Shown piece after piece: positions 22,730 to 34,196 of a stretch of 42,392 nucleotides of DNA. Within the stretch, counting starts at the first letter, position 1; each line of letters begins with the position of its first letter. Origin of the DNA: Octopus sinensis (taxonomy: Eukaryota). The position numbers and the translations under genes are program-made. The DNA is taken from positions 1 through 42,392 of the forward strand of contig NW_021835171.1 in assembly GCF_006345805.1 (NCBI RefSeq). The letters are read 5' to 3'. The notes beneath the pieces are model-generated. The model saw nothing but the letters and a program-made list of their open reading frames with translations, made no database searches and was not told the origin of the DNA.

Positions 22730-23820
22730 GCTACACAATTTCATGGATCCCAGTACTTAACTAGTATTTTATTGACACCCCCCCCTCACCCACACACACA
22801 CACACACACAGACATACGAAGGATGAAAAGTAAAGTTGACCTCGATGGGATTTGATCAGAGAACGTAAAGGTCCGGAATAATTCTGCAAGGCATTGCTTC
22901 CGACGCGCTAATGATTCTACCAATTCGCCCTCTTAATACGCCTAATCATTTCTTATATAGATACAAGGACCGACATTTTGTAGGAAGAGGTAATCAATTA
23001 CATCGACTGGTTTTTATTTTATCGACCGAGAATGGATGAAAGGCAATTTAAACCTTGGCGGAATTGAACTGAGAGAGCCGGAAGAAAAGCCACTAAGCAT
23101 TTTTATCCGATGTACTAATGACTCTGCCAACTCGGTGTCTTTAATTATAACCATTTCTAATCTAGGCACAAGGCCAGCAATCTTGGGGGCGGGGTTAAGT
23201 CGATTACATCGAGCCCAGTACTCAACTGCTACTTATTTATTCGAGCCCGGAAGAATGAAAGGCAATGCTGACCTCGGCGGAATTTGAACTCAGAACGTAA
23301 AGACAGGCGAACTCGTTGCTATTCCTGTTTATGCCCGACGCGGTATGTGCACGCGCAATGTTATTGTTATTATTGCGGTTGTCGTGGTTGTGATTATTGC
23401 CAAACGAGTTGTTTATTTTGCCGTAAAATTTCTATTGGGGTTTTATCAATCGTTTCATTTTCTCTCATTTGTTTGTTTATATACATTTTAATATTCTTCT
23501 TGATTTCTTTTGTTTAGTGTTTTGTTCTTTCTTTTTCTACTGAAGAGCAAATCCAAGAAAAGAAGAAACCATTATTACCTTTTGTGTCAGATGGCAGAAT
23601 ATAATCCTTTCTACTATAGGCACAAGGTCTGCATTTTGTGGGGAGGGGACAGTAGATTACATAGACCCCAGTACTCCACTAGTACTTTATTCATCGATCC
23701 CGAAAAGCTAAAAGACAAAGTCGACCTCGGCGGAATTTGAGGTCAGAACGTGAGACGGACGAAATGCCGCTAAGCATTTCGTTCGGCGTGGTAACGATTC
23801 TGCCAGATCGCCGCCTTTTT
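22730..23820 (-). mobile_element. Array of four co-oriented SINE-B copies; the last two clearly carry tail 2
   Basis: Copies at ~22730-22935, 22965-23130, 23150-23340 and 23605-23820 share GAAAGGCAAAGTCGACCTCGGCGGAATTTGAAC-like cores; GGCACAAGG tail module at ~23165 and ~23619. Confidence 0.85.
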
Positions 23821-24070
23821 AATAATGTTTTCTTTACTGGCCACATGGGCCTACATAGAACATACAGGGGCGCAAACACAGTGGCAGAAACGGACACAAA
23901 CGGAGGGGTTTACCGAGTAAACATAAAACAATAACAAAAATTAACAATAAAATTAAACAAATACAATTCCCCAATAGTGGCGGGGGGACTTCCAAGGGGA
24001 AACCGTGCAAACACCACAGAAATTTTTCCCTCACCGCTTAGGGAAGTGCTTCTTCTCTCTTTTACGCCAC

Positions 24071-25960
24071 TCAGAAGCGCATGCTCAGAGCAGGCCTGTT
24101 CACACGAACCATGCTCGCCATTCTCATCCACCTTTCAATAAATTTGCTAGAAGGATGCACCTCCCTCTCCACTCTGATCCGTCTCTTCAAGTGAAACATG
24201 AAAAAGTTGATTCGCCAGAGAGTAAAGTGCCTTTCAGTCTTGTCCACCACACAACTTCTTTCGCCATGGCCACCACGCAGATGAAAACTTCCCGACCGAA
24301 GAGGGCGGAGCAATCTTAGCAATAGACTTGGTTGTTAGCCAGATCCGTGCGACACGTGACAGCAAGTGCTCGACATAAACCCACGCGTCAGAAATTGTCG
24401 GACACTGGACGAGTGCATGCAGAATGGTTTCATCGCTCCGTGCGCATCTCGGGCAGCTCCGACTGACGGCACTTCCATGCCTGTGGAGTTTATGCCGAAT
24501 CGGAAACGCTCCCCGGTAGCATTGCCAGACTAGGGATTTCTGGAAGTTATCCATAGGCCCCGGCCCGAAAGTCATCTGAAAAAGATCCTCATTGAAGCCC
24601 AGAGTCTCCCCAAGTACGTCGTCACACCTATCCTCCGCTAACCCCCTAGAAAACACTAAGGTAGAATTTCTACCGACCGCATTGCCCGACTGGTAGAAGA
24701 CTAAGAGGGCTTTTCGGCACTCAAGATGTCACTCGCCCTCCCTCGGTTTCCGCTTGACCCAAGGTTGCACTTCCGTTAAGGAGATGAGTTGAAGAAAAGC
24801 GTGTCTGACGAAGGGTGACCACACCTGCTCACCGTTAAGGAGATGCTGCAGCCTCAGCGCATGCCTGCGTATCAGCAATCGCGGCATGCACAGCCCTCCG
24901 CTCAGCGGCTGTTGACAGCAGATGGACCGCCTGACAAGAGGAACGCGCCCCTTCCATAGAAAGCGAAAGAGTATACTCTCCAACTTCTTCAGGCGTGTCT
25001 TAGGGTAAGGCACGATGGTCAGACGGTAATAGATGACGGATTCGATGTACGTATTCGCCACCTCCGCCCGATCTTTCAGGGACAGTTTCCTCTCAGCCCA
25101 TTTCTGGGTGAGTTTGGCTACCCTGATCGTCACCTCGTCCCAGTTCTTGTCCACCTGGACCGAACCAGACCCCAAGTAGCTGTTGGACGGCATGGACCTG
25201 CTTCTCCAGATGCCAAATCCCTGTCTATGTAACCTATCTAGGTCGAGCGTACATACTACGAACTTGTGGTCTGTGTAGCCGACTATTTGAAAATGTGGAC
25301 ACCCTATGCTATCCCTATTCCCTAATCTGCAGAAAATCCTAAGAACAATCTGGACGACCCGTTGCGATTTGAACAAATCCACATTGGCGCATTGAGATGG
25401 TCTAGTCGGTACCTGTCAGCTAATTGGAAACTACTGAGCAGGTTTGAGAGGCTTTTTGCACCCCGCTTCCCACTACTTAATCCCACTTAGTCTATGCGTT
25501 CATCTAAGATACCGTTCCAGTCCCCCACTAGCACTAAGGAGTGGGAGGTCCCTAGAAAGGTCTGTAGACGCCTGAAGAACTCTGACCGACCCTGCCCGCT
25601 CGGGGTATAGACCGCTATTAGTCTGAAAGCATAGCCTTCCCTGCTTGCCACGTCCAGCACCACACACCTACTCTCTCGGTCTATGAAGATGGCTCGTACT
25701 GCGAGGTTCAAACCCCTCCGAAACAACATGACCAGACTGCCTCCCCATCACAACCGACTTGGACATAAGAATATCTCATAGCCATTGAGGAAGGAAGCGA
25801 GAACCCGTTCCTCGGCGACTCTCGCCTCACTGATGACCACCACATCCAATGGTAGAGACGTGAGGTCACTGAGGAGGTAATTTTGTTTCCAGTGATCGCA
25901 CAGTTCCCGCGCATTCAGTCTGCCTATTCTGAGCGCAACCACGAGTTGGATAAACGAGAG
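24071..25960 (-). pseudogene. Tx1 ORF2 remnant: APE endonuclease fused to the post-RT and zinc-finger C-terminus
   Basis: LRIGRLNAREL..LDVVVISE; LIAVY; LVLVGDWN; TDH; then QVDKNW..LSLKDRAEVAN..FLWKG..GGLCMP; CPRCARSDETILHALVQC. No YADD-type RT motif and no room for the domain. Confidence 0.9.
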
Positions 25961-25969
25961 AAAAAACAC

Positions 25970-27231
25970 TTACCTATAGGTGTCACAGGTTGCTGCTCCC
26001 ACCGTTGGTAATACCTTATAGATTATTCTTTTAATAGAGGTCCGAAATTCTCCAATGGCATTCAGGTGTCTTGCTTTTAAAAGTGTGTATGTGTTTTGTT
26101 CTACGGTAATAATTTTTGGTTTGTGGAATGTGGCTGTGACACAGCTGTTTTCATCAATGTTTAATATATTGTTTATTGCCTGCATGGATTCTGTATTGCT
26201 TGCGTCTATTACTGTGTAGTTGCCTTGGTTACTGTTTTTGTTTCTGTTTGTTTCAGTGTGGCGCTTCTGTTCTTGTGTGTTCGTGTTTATGTTGTATTTG
26301 TGTGGGAGGGTCACTTTTTTATATTTTATTTATTTTTTCTTGTGTTGCTGCTGCTTTTTTCTTTCGTTCTCTGTTTTCTCTTCCCTTTTACCATTGTCCA
26401 CTCCTGGGATCTCCCGTCCAACGCTCCGTTCTCGTCCTCTTCTGTATCAGTAGGGGTTCATTTGCAAATCTGTGCTCTTCTTTTCATTCTCTGGGGGTTT
26501 CTCTCTCTCTCTCTCTCTCTGCTTTTTCTGTGACTCCTTTTCCCGCCGCTCATGTTGGATGGCCTGTGTCCCACACTGTTGCATCCTCTTGTTTGTTTGC
26601 TCTGCTGTGGTTGTTGCTTGAGCTTTTCCTGTGGTAGAGGCGCTTGCAGCAGGGGCATTTTGGTGGGTGCTTTCTTGGTTAGGCAGAAAGCCATTAAATG
26701 GCTTCGTGTGGTCATAAAGGTGGCATTTCGGCTTTCTACTTTCGACTGCAACAAGCAGCCTTCTCCCTCCTCTCATGATGATAAAGTCGGGAATAATTTC
26801 TATCTGCTCCTCTTCAATTTGGCAGAGGAGCATCATCCCCGCTCCTATCCAATTTTGCTTCCTCAACCTGTATCCCTGGAGGATATTTGTCCTATTCCCA
26901 AGTTCATACAGGACGGCTGCTGCTACATATTCTATATCGATTTCTGGCTGGATTTTGGCCACCTTAATCCTTACTAATCTTCTCTCAGTTCCTCACTGCG
27001 AAGAGAGGTGACAATGTTTCCTTGCTTCTTCTCCGTTTTGGAACTTCACTTCAACGGTCCCCAAACGCTTCCCACTGTAAACGTAAATCTTATTATCCCA
27101 AATGGGATGAAGATATTTTTCTGTCAGTGCTTCGGTCGCTCTCAGCACATTTTTTGTTCTTAGACTTATTACTTTGTATGCTATTGTCCTCTTCAGGGTT
27201 CCTTGTTCGATTTCAATTGTAGTGTTTGGAG
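25970..27231 (-). pseudogene. Tx1 ORF1 remnant (N-terminus displaced to ~29001-29080 by the hAT)
   Basis: RTIAYKV...LGTVEVKF; IQPEIDIEYVAAAVLY; RRLLVAVESRKPKCHL (degenerate zinc knuckle). MAKRLENIELNNEMWGEGEDSLEEG lies on the far side of the hAT. Confidence 0.75.
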
Positions 27232-29000
27232 CAGTGTTTCCCAAATTTTTGTGTCAAATTGCAATATCGCCCACCTATCAGCCAAAAAATGTTCCATCGC
27301 CCACCTGTGTAAAAACAACCCTGACACAACCCCACTCCCCAACACAAAATCCCTAGGACCCCTTCCTGTATCATTTGACACACACACTATATCGTAGACT
27401 CGTTGCCCTGTTAGTACCATTTGGACTAAATATGCGGTTGTTTACTAATCCCTTATTGTGGGTTTAGCTTTGCCAGTAGTGTAAATAAGATTCGCGCGTT
27501 AACTCTATATTATGCAGAGAGATTATCTTCTGGAAACGCGCTTTCTTTTACACTGATTTTCATTTTCCCCAAATGAATCATTGATCAGAACTACCGATGC
27601 AAAAATAATTAATGATTGTATTATAAAGGAAAAGAATAAAACATTTTAATGAGAACCATGTGTCTGGTGCGATGCAGCTAGTGCAGAGACATTCGGTTTC
27701 AAACTTGTCAACTTTAGCCTCAAGTCTCTTCGTTGTATCACATCCAGTCCAATTCTTTTATGGGAAAATAATGTTCCAACATGGTTAAAACCAGATTCAA
27801 CCAGGTACGAGGTAGGGAAGGCAAGCAAAAGTAATTTCAGATGTTTCCACAGATTGGGGTAGGAATTCAATATATTCTGATGGTACCACAAACCTTCTTT
27901 GCCATTACGGCAATATCGCATTCTGGAGTCATTGTCATTTTATAATTCCATCAATTTCTCCTGAACATCATCCTCGCAATCAACTATCCGACCTCAAACA
28001 GATTGCTATACCAATTTGGAATATGTAACGCAATAGCATCTTGAAATCGCTCCACTATGCCATCGTGCAATGATTGTAAATAGTTGCGATATGTAGTTAA
28101 ATCCGCATCAATCATTTCATCTTTCAAAGAATCAAGTTGTGGAAATTGATGGAATTGACGTTTTGAAATGTCAGTCTTAAACAACTCCAATTTCGAAATG
28201 AAGGTAGTGATAAATGATGTACAATCAACGAGAATTTTTCTGTTTCCTAGCAATAACTTATTCAAATCATTTAATTTTATGAGTATATCACAAAGAAAAA
28301 AGATACCGCACCTTGCAGCCATCAATGAAGCGGATAGTGGAGTATTTTCAAAGAAAAAGATATATAAAACAGTTCAACAAAGTGTAAAGCACAGTTTTAC
28401 CACCGCACTTCGGCATGGTATAAAAGTTTAGTATGGTCCTCATCATTTCTCAGAGTTGACGGAAAATTCGATCAGACAAGGGACTGGACTTCAATTTGTC
28501 CACAGTCTTGATAAATAACTATAGCGCATCATTCAATCTACCGTTCATATTTTTTGCCACTAGATGCTGCCGGTATGCCAAGCAATGAACAGTTAGTATC
28601 TGGTGGGAATTTCCACGTTTTAGGGGAGATGAAAAACCTTTGTGTCTTCTTATCATCGAAGGGGCTCCATCAGACGCACAGGCAAGAATATTACTGAGTG
28701 GGATATTATGTTCAAAAAGGAAAGACTTAAGAGTGAAAAATTGCTGCACCTTTTGAATCAAGCGGCAATTTCTCTGTGAACAGCATTTCCTCACAAGGTT
28801 GAAGGACTTTGCTGTTATACCGAACATATACCATCATCAAACATTGACTGTCGACAACAGTTTACTCATCCACTTGTATAGAAAATTCAGAACGCAGGAG
28901 ACTATTAATGAGCTGATGTTTGACACCATCAAATCGCCCACCATTTTCTAGAAATTGGCCCATCGTCCACCTGTAAGTTGAAATCGCCCACTTTGGGAAG
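27232..29000 (-). mobile_element. Internally deleted hAT transposon (Buster/Charlie-like) nested in Tx1 ORF1
   Basis: TIR CAGTGTTTCCCAAA at 27232; partial partner TTTGGGAAG(C) at ~28992-29001; subterminal ATCG(C/T)CCAC at 27266, 27296, 28933, 28962 and 28983. Confidence 0.88.
27646..28930 (-). pseudogene. hAT transposase remnant (ZBED8/SCAND3-like)
   Basis: EFSIQVDE; CASDGAPSM; VHCLAYRQHLVAK; AFPTSYLVESGF...DLRLKLT...HQTHGSH. Confidence 0.9.
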
Positions 29001-29459
29001 CTCCTTCTTCAAGAGAATCTTCGCCTTCTCCCCACATTTCATTATTTAATTCGATATTTTCCAAGCGTTTTGCCATCATTTTCCCTTTCTTGTTCCTTTT
29101 CTTCTTTCTCCTCCTCTTCTTTTTCCCGTGTAGGAACAATAGTGGTGGTGAAGGCGGGGAAGTCTTCGTTGAGTTGGCTCTTCAACCTCCCGTCCTTACT
29201 CCCTCGCTCGATCACCGTTAATTTTGGTAAAATTTGCGAAGAAAATCTTCGATGTAATTGGTGTATTTAGCCCCCAAAAGGGGGCTTTTTTAAAAGAAAA
29301 TCTAGCTCCCTAGGAGGGCAGCTACCTTACAACACGAATTGAACAATAAAAACAAGAGTTCAACAACTTGTGACAACAAAAATCAAACTTCTTCGGGAGT
29401 TCAAAACGAATGCCTTACCGCGACGGCATCGAACCTGTGAATCCAATGACGCCGCCTTT

Positions 29460-29496
<37 letters not shown>

Positions 29497-29530
29497 TAAT
29501 AATAATAATAATAATAATAACAATGTTATT

Positions 29531-29800
29531 TAAGGTGGCGAGCTGGAAGAAACGTTAGCACGCCGGGCGAAATGCTTAGCAGTATTTCGTCTGCCGTTAC
29601 GTTCTGAGTTCAAATTCCGCCGAGCTCGACTTTGCCTTTCATTTTTTCGGGGTCGATAAATTAAGTACCAGTTACGGACTGGGGTCGATATAATCGACTT
29701 AATCCGTTTGTCTGTCCTTGTTTGTCCTCTCTGTATTTAGCCCGTAATGAACTGGCCCCACCTCCCCCAAAATTTCTGGCCTTGTGCCTAAAGTAGAAAC
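29531..29800 (+). mobile_element. SINE family B carrying tail 1 followed by tail 2
   Basis: AAGGTGGCGAGCTGG head after (AAT)n; GTTTGTCTGTCCTTGTTTGTCC then CTGGCCCCACCTCCCC...GGCCTTGTGCCTAAAGTAGAAA. Confidence 0.85.
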
Positions 29801-29960
29801 GAATAACAATAATATTTCAAATTCTGGCACAAGGCCAGCAAGTTAGGCGGAGGGGGCCAGTCGATTACATCGATCCCAGTGCGATGTTTTTTTCTCTTTT
29901 CCTAAATCACATTTTTCAGTACGTCAGAAGAATATTATATAAATCATATTTTATTTTCAG

Positions 29961-30071
29961 AATTTAATTAGGTCAGCAGAAACGTCATTATACGAGTTAA
30001 TGATGGAAGCAGAACGACGTTGACCAGGATGTTTACTGGATAACGATTACATTCTATTTTGGCGGTGAAAG
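29961..30071 (+). other. Candidate 111-nt exon without an open frame
   Basis: Acceptor ATTTTATTTTCAG| and donor AAG|GTAAGG; stops in all three frames. Confidence 0.35.
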
Positions 30072-30245
30072 GTAAGGCAGTTCTTTCTTTGCATATCATA
30101 TAGCAGGTACGAGCCCCTTTGGCTATGCATCTTACCCCTTCAAAGGGACATCTGAAAATCATCTTTTACAAACAATGTTCTTGTATCTTATTATTTTTTA
30201 AATTCTTTTACCAGTTTCAGCCATTGAACTACTGTCACACGCACA

Positions 30246-30305
<60 letters not shown>

Positions 30306-30344
30306 CACACACACACACACACACACATACAAACTACGTGGAAG

Positions 30345-30530
30345 CCCATCAAATATATACATACAAGAGGGCTTCCACACAGTTTCTATAGTCCAGTTAC
30401 TCAAGGCATTGGTTAGCTGGAAACTAGAGTAGATATTTGCCCAAGGTGCTGCGCAGTGGGCCTGAACTCGAAACCCAAAACCACTTCGTTACAAAGCGAG
30501 CTTCTTAATCATGCAGCCATGGTCGTGCCT
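30345..30530 (-). mobile_element. SINE family A, old diverged 5' half
   Basis: ATTTGCCCAAGGTGCTGCGCAGTGGG on the plus strand. Confidence 0.65.
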
Positions 30531-30603
30531 CTATGTGACTGATACCTTGGCGATCTTTCGGAGAAAGTATATCGAAACTGAAAGCATTCGGCAATTTCCG
30601 CGA

Positions 30604-30810
30604 TTGGCGAGCTGGCAGAATCGTTAGCACGCCGGGCGAAATGCTCAGCGGTATTTCATCTGCCGTTACGTTCTGAGTTCAAATTCCGCCGAGGTCGACT
30701 TTGCCTTTCATCCTTTCGGGGTCGATTAAATAAGTACCAGTTACGCACTGGGGTCGATGTAATCGACTTAATCACTTTGTGTTTAGCTCCATTTGGGCAA
30801 TAAAGAAATG
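30604..30810 (+). mobile_element. SINE family B with Tx1-like tail
   Basis: GGCGAGCTGGCAGAATCG...GTTTAGCTCCATTTGGGCAATAAAGAAATG. Confidence 0.9.
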
Positions 30811-31044
30811 TATATATCTTTAATTTTTTTCACCTAAATCGCTTATGTATAAACATATTTTTTGTGTGTGTATGTGATTATGTATGTGAATATATGTATA
30901 TTTGTGTATGTAAGTATATGTATGCATTTATGTGGATGTATGTATATTTATGTATGTATATGTATTTCTTTAAGTTTTTTTTCCAGCTGTATCGCTTACG
31001 TTTTATGTATTTTTTGTGTATGTATGTGTTTATGTGTATGTCTC

Positions 31045-31455
31045 TCCCTTTTACTCTTTTACTTGTTTCAGGCATTTGACTGTGGCCATGCTGGAGCACC
31101 ACCTTTTTAGTCGAGCAAATCGACCCCAGGACTTATTCTTTGTAAGCCTAGTACTTATTCTATCGGTCTCTTTTGCCGAACCGTTAAGTTACGGGGACAC
31201 GTAAACACACCAGCATCGGTTGTCAAGCGATGTTGGGGGGACAAATACAGACACACACACACACATATATATATATATACATATATACGACGGGCTTCTT
31301 TCAGTTTCCGTCTACCAAATCCACTCACAAGGCTTTGGTCGGCCCGAGGCTATAGTAGAAGACACTTGTCCAAGGTGCCACGCAGTGGGACTGAACCCGG
31401 AACCATGTGGTTGGTAAGCAAGCTACTTACCACACAGCCGCTCCTACGCCTATAT
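31045..31455 (-). mobile_element. SINE family A, full length
   Basis: Reverse complement of 3804-4254. Confidence 0.9.
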
Positions 31456-32074
31456 ATGTATTTTTATGCATGTAAGTATATATAGTTTTAGAAAATTGCC
31501 GAATAAATACTTTCAATTATGATATACTTTCTCTGAAAGATCGCCGATGCCTAAATGAACGAAAGGTAAATTTGGTCACAACGGGATTTGAACTGAGAGC
31601 AGAAAAGGGCAGGAAAAAGCACTGCAGGACATTTTATTCGAAACTCTCACGATTCTTTGCCAATTCGTCACCTCTGTAAAGCAGTAATTAATTCTTCATG
31701 TTATTGTCATTAAATGGTTAATTAGTCGTAATGAGTGGCAAGACGAATAATTATTATAATGAAAACTTTTCAGTAGTGATGAATGCCGCCACATGTGTCT
31801 TTAGCCCCGGGACACTGAGCACCTTTGCTATACCACCCGATATATATACGTATGTAAGGTGTGAGTGGGTGTGCGTGCGCGCGAATGTGTGCAAAACGTA
31901 TGTTTAAAATATATACGTATATAAAATGTATTTATAGATGTAAAGATATATAATATATATATTCACACACACACACATATACATACATACATACATACAA
32001 ACATACATATATATATATATATACACATATATATGGATATATATATATATATATACATATGTATACACACACAC

Positions 32075-32117
<43 letters not shown>

Positions 32118-32118
<1 letters not shown>

Positions 32119-33870
32119 TAGGAGAAATACCCAGCATTGTTCGGGTTAAAAAATAATGAAAATTAAAAACGCCGTCTAGATTACGCAGGTCTCAACTGCT
32201 AGTAGCTGAGATATCAACTTTCCACATTAATAACTCTCCAACCCATGCCAGCATGGAACATAGACGTTAAGTGAAATGTTAAGAGAAAGTTTTCAACTCA
32301 TATATGTATATAAAGTAAATACACGTAATTCAAAAACACGTTTTGTGTTGCCAAAAATCAGTGCAGGTGTCTCTCCAGGCCACTTCCTTGCTTTACAATG
32401 TATGCAATCAGTTGTCATTGCACCACTGGAAACTCTAGTGTAATATGCATAATGAACTGCTGGATCATAATTGAAAGCTGCTTCATAGAAGTTGCTTCTC
32501 TGAGCTGTTGCAACTGCTCTTCATTCTGTAGTGGAGATCCTGTTCCTTGTCAGCCGTGCATACCTCTATTCATCACTTTGAGATACTCTGGCTTTTGTAG
32601 TGCACAGTCTGGTCGTTTCTTGGTATGCTTCCCTTTTTGCAGCTGTTTCTCTTTCCCTGGGCAGAGACATTCTTTTGGCTGACCTTGACATTGTAGACAA
32701 ATTTGACACCTTCCTTCTAGGTATGGTTATATACGTACATAGAAATACTCGGGTACAGAAGATAGTAAACAATGAAAATAACTGGGTAACGGAAATTATA
32801 TTTCTTAATACGACAGGCAGAAAATAAATAAGAAATTTTTACAGAAAATAAAGAATTGTACGGGTTGGAGCGAAATTTGTCAGTAAACCAAAGAGCTAGT
32901 ATCGAAGGACCCAGAAAAAAGCCGTTAACAACAGAAAAACACGAAACCGTTGCAAAGTGAATAAGAAATTTTTAGGGAAATTAACTAAATGTACGGATTT
33001 AAGTGAAATTTTTGAAGTTACTTCAGTCAGTAAATTATGAACTTACTTTTATCAGTAATTCCATCAACAACAAAAAAAGCGAAAAACGTTGCAAAAATAA
33101 ATAAGAAATCTGTCGGTAAATTTAACGAAGCGTATGGATTGAAGTGAAATTTATGAAGTTACTTCTATCAGTAAATTATGTATGAAATTACATTCGTCAG
33201 TAATTGTGAAATTCTTTCTGTCAGTAATTTGTCATTGTTGTTTGTAAATAGCGATTGAAACCTTACAGTGAAAACAATAACGATTGAACTTTAAGTGAAG
33301 ACAAGAGGGTCTGGGAGATGAAAATGAAAACAATAGAGAATGAAATCTTTCGAGAGGGGCAGTGAAAGAAACCTAGCTAGTTAAACAAATAAATATACAT
33401 AGATAGATAGCTAAGATATAGAAAGATAGATAAATATAGAGATAGAAATGGATAAAAAGATATAGAGTGATATAGAGAGATAGAGATGGATAGAGATATA
33501 TAGACGTCACTGACACTAGAAAACCGGAAGTAAATATTTTTTAAACTTTCAAAGACGTGAATATAATATAAAAAGCAATATTCAAAAAGTTTTTGTGGTC
33601 AATGGATGTAAGGGAGACAATCAATTTCTGAAAGTTACTTCGCAAAGAGTTACATCCCTTATCCACATAACCCAGGAACGGCTATTTTCTGCTCCCAGGG
33701 GGCCTGTTCCACATTATGTGAAAAATTTTGAGAGTCTAAAACCACCCCTAGAACATAAGTAATGTATGTTCCCAGTTTGGAGAAAATCAGTTGAAAAATG
33801 CGGTCGTTAATCTTTTACACACACACACACACGCGCGCACAGAACGGGATTTACGTTATATTATATTATA
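32118..33870 (-). mobile_element. Internally deleted Helitron retaining 5' region, RepHel N-terminus and degenerate 3' terminus
   Basis: Minus 5' ACGTAAATCCCGTTCTGTG...(TG)n; 3' CCCGAACAATGCTGGG..CTAA at 32118-32145; coding remnant in between. Confidence 0.7.
32350..32700 (-). pseudogene. Helitron RepHel N-terminal remnant
   Basis: YEAAFNYDPAVHY...GAMTTDCIHCKARKWPGETP matches the AFNYDP..GxM...CxxCxAxKWxxE block of Helitron proteins; two in-frame stops. Confidence 0.8.
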
Positions 33871-33889
33871 TCATATCATATTATATATA

Positions 33890-33934
<45 letters not shown>

Positions 33935-33939
33935 ATATA

Positions 33940-34100
33940 AGCGCTGTATGGTAAAAAGTTTGCTTCCCAACAACATGGTTCCAGCTTCAGTCTCACCACA
34001 GCGTGCCACTTGGGCAAGTGTCTTCTTCTACTATATCCTTGAGCCGACCAAAGCCTGGTGAGTGGATTTGGTAGGCGGAAACTGAAAGAATCCCGTGGCG

Positions 34101-34137
<37 letters not shown>

Positions 34138-34160
34138 ATATATATGTATGTATGTATATA

Positions 34161-34196
<36 letters not shown>

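Larger units (their letters stand above)
23827..29449 (-). mobile_element. 5'-complete Tx1/L1-clade LINE lacking the RT domain, with a nested hAT; 18-bp TSD
   Basis: Identical CGCCGCCTTTTTAATAAT at 23809-23826 and 29450-29467. 5' UTR, ORF1, APE endonuclease, post-RT region, CCHC finger and 3' UTR occur in order. Confidence 0.92.

Noticed and set aside
26176-26977. Hydrophobic plus-strand ORFs (153 aa and 141 aa)
   Set aside because: Antisense shadows of the purine-rich Tx1 ORF1.
29269-29292. GC hairpin plus T-run resembling a rho-independent terminator
   Set aside because: Eukaryotic context; it lies in the Tx1 5' UTR.
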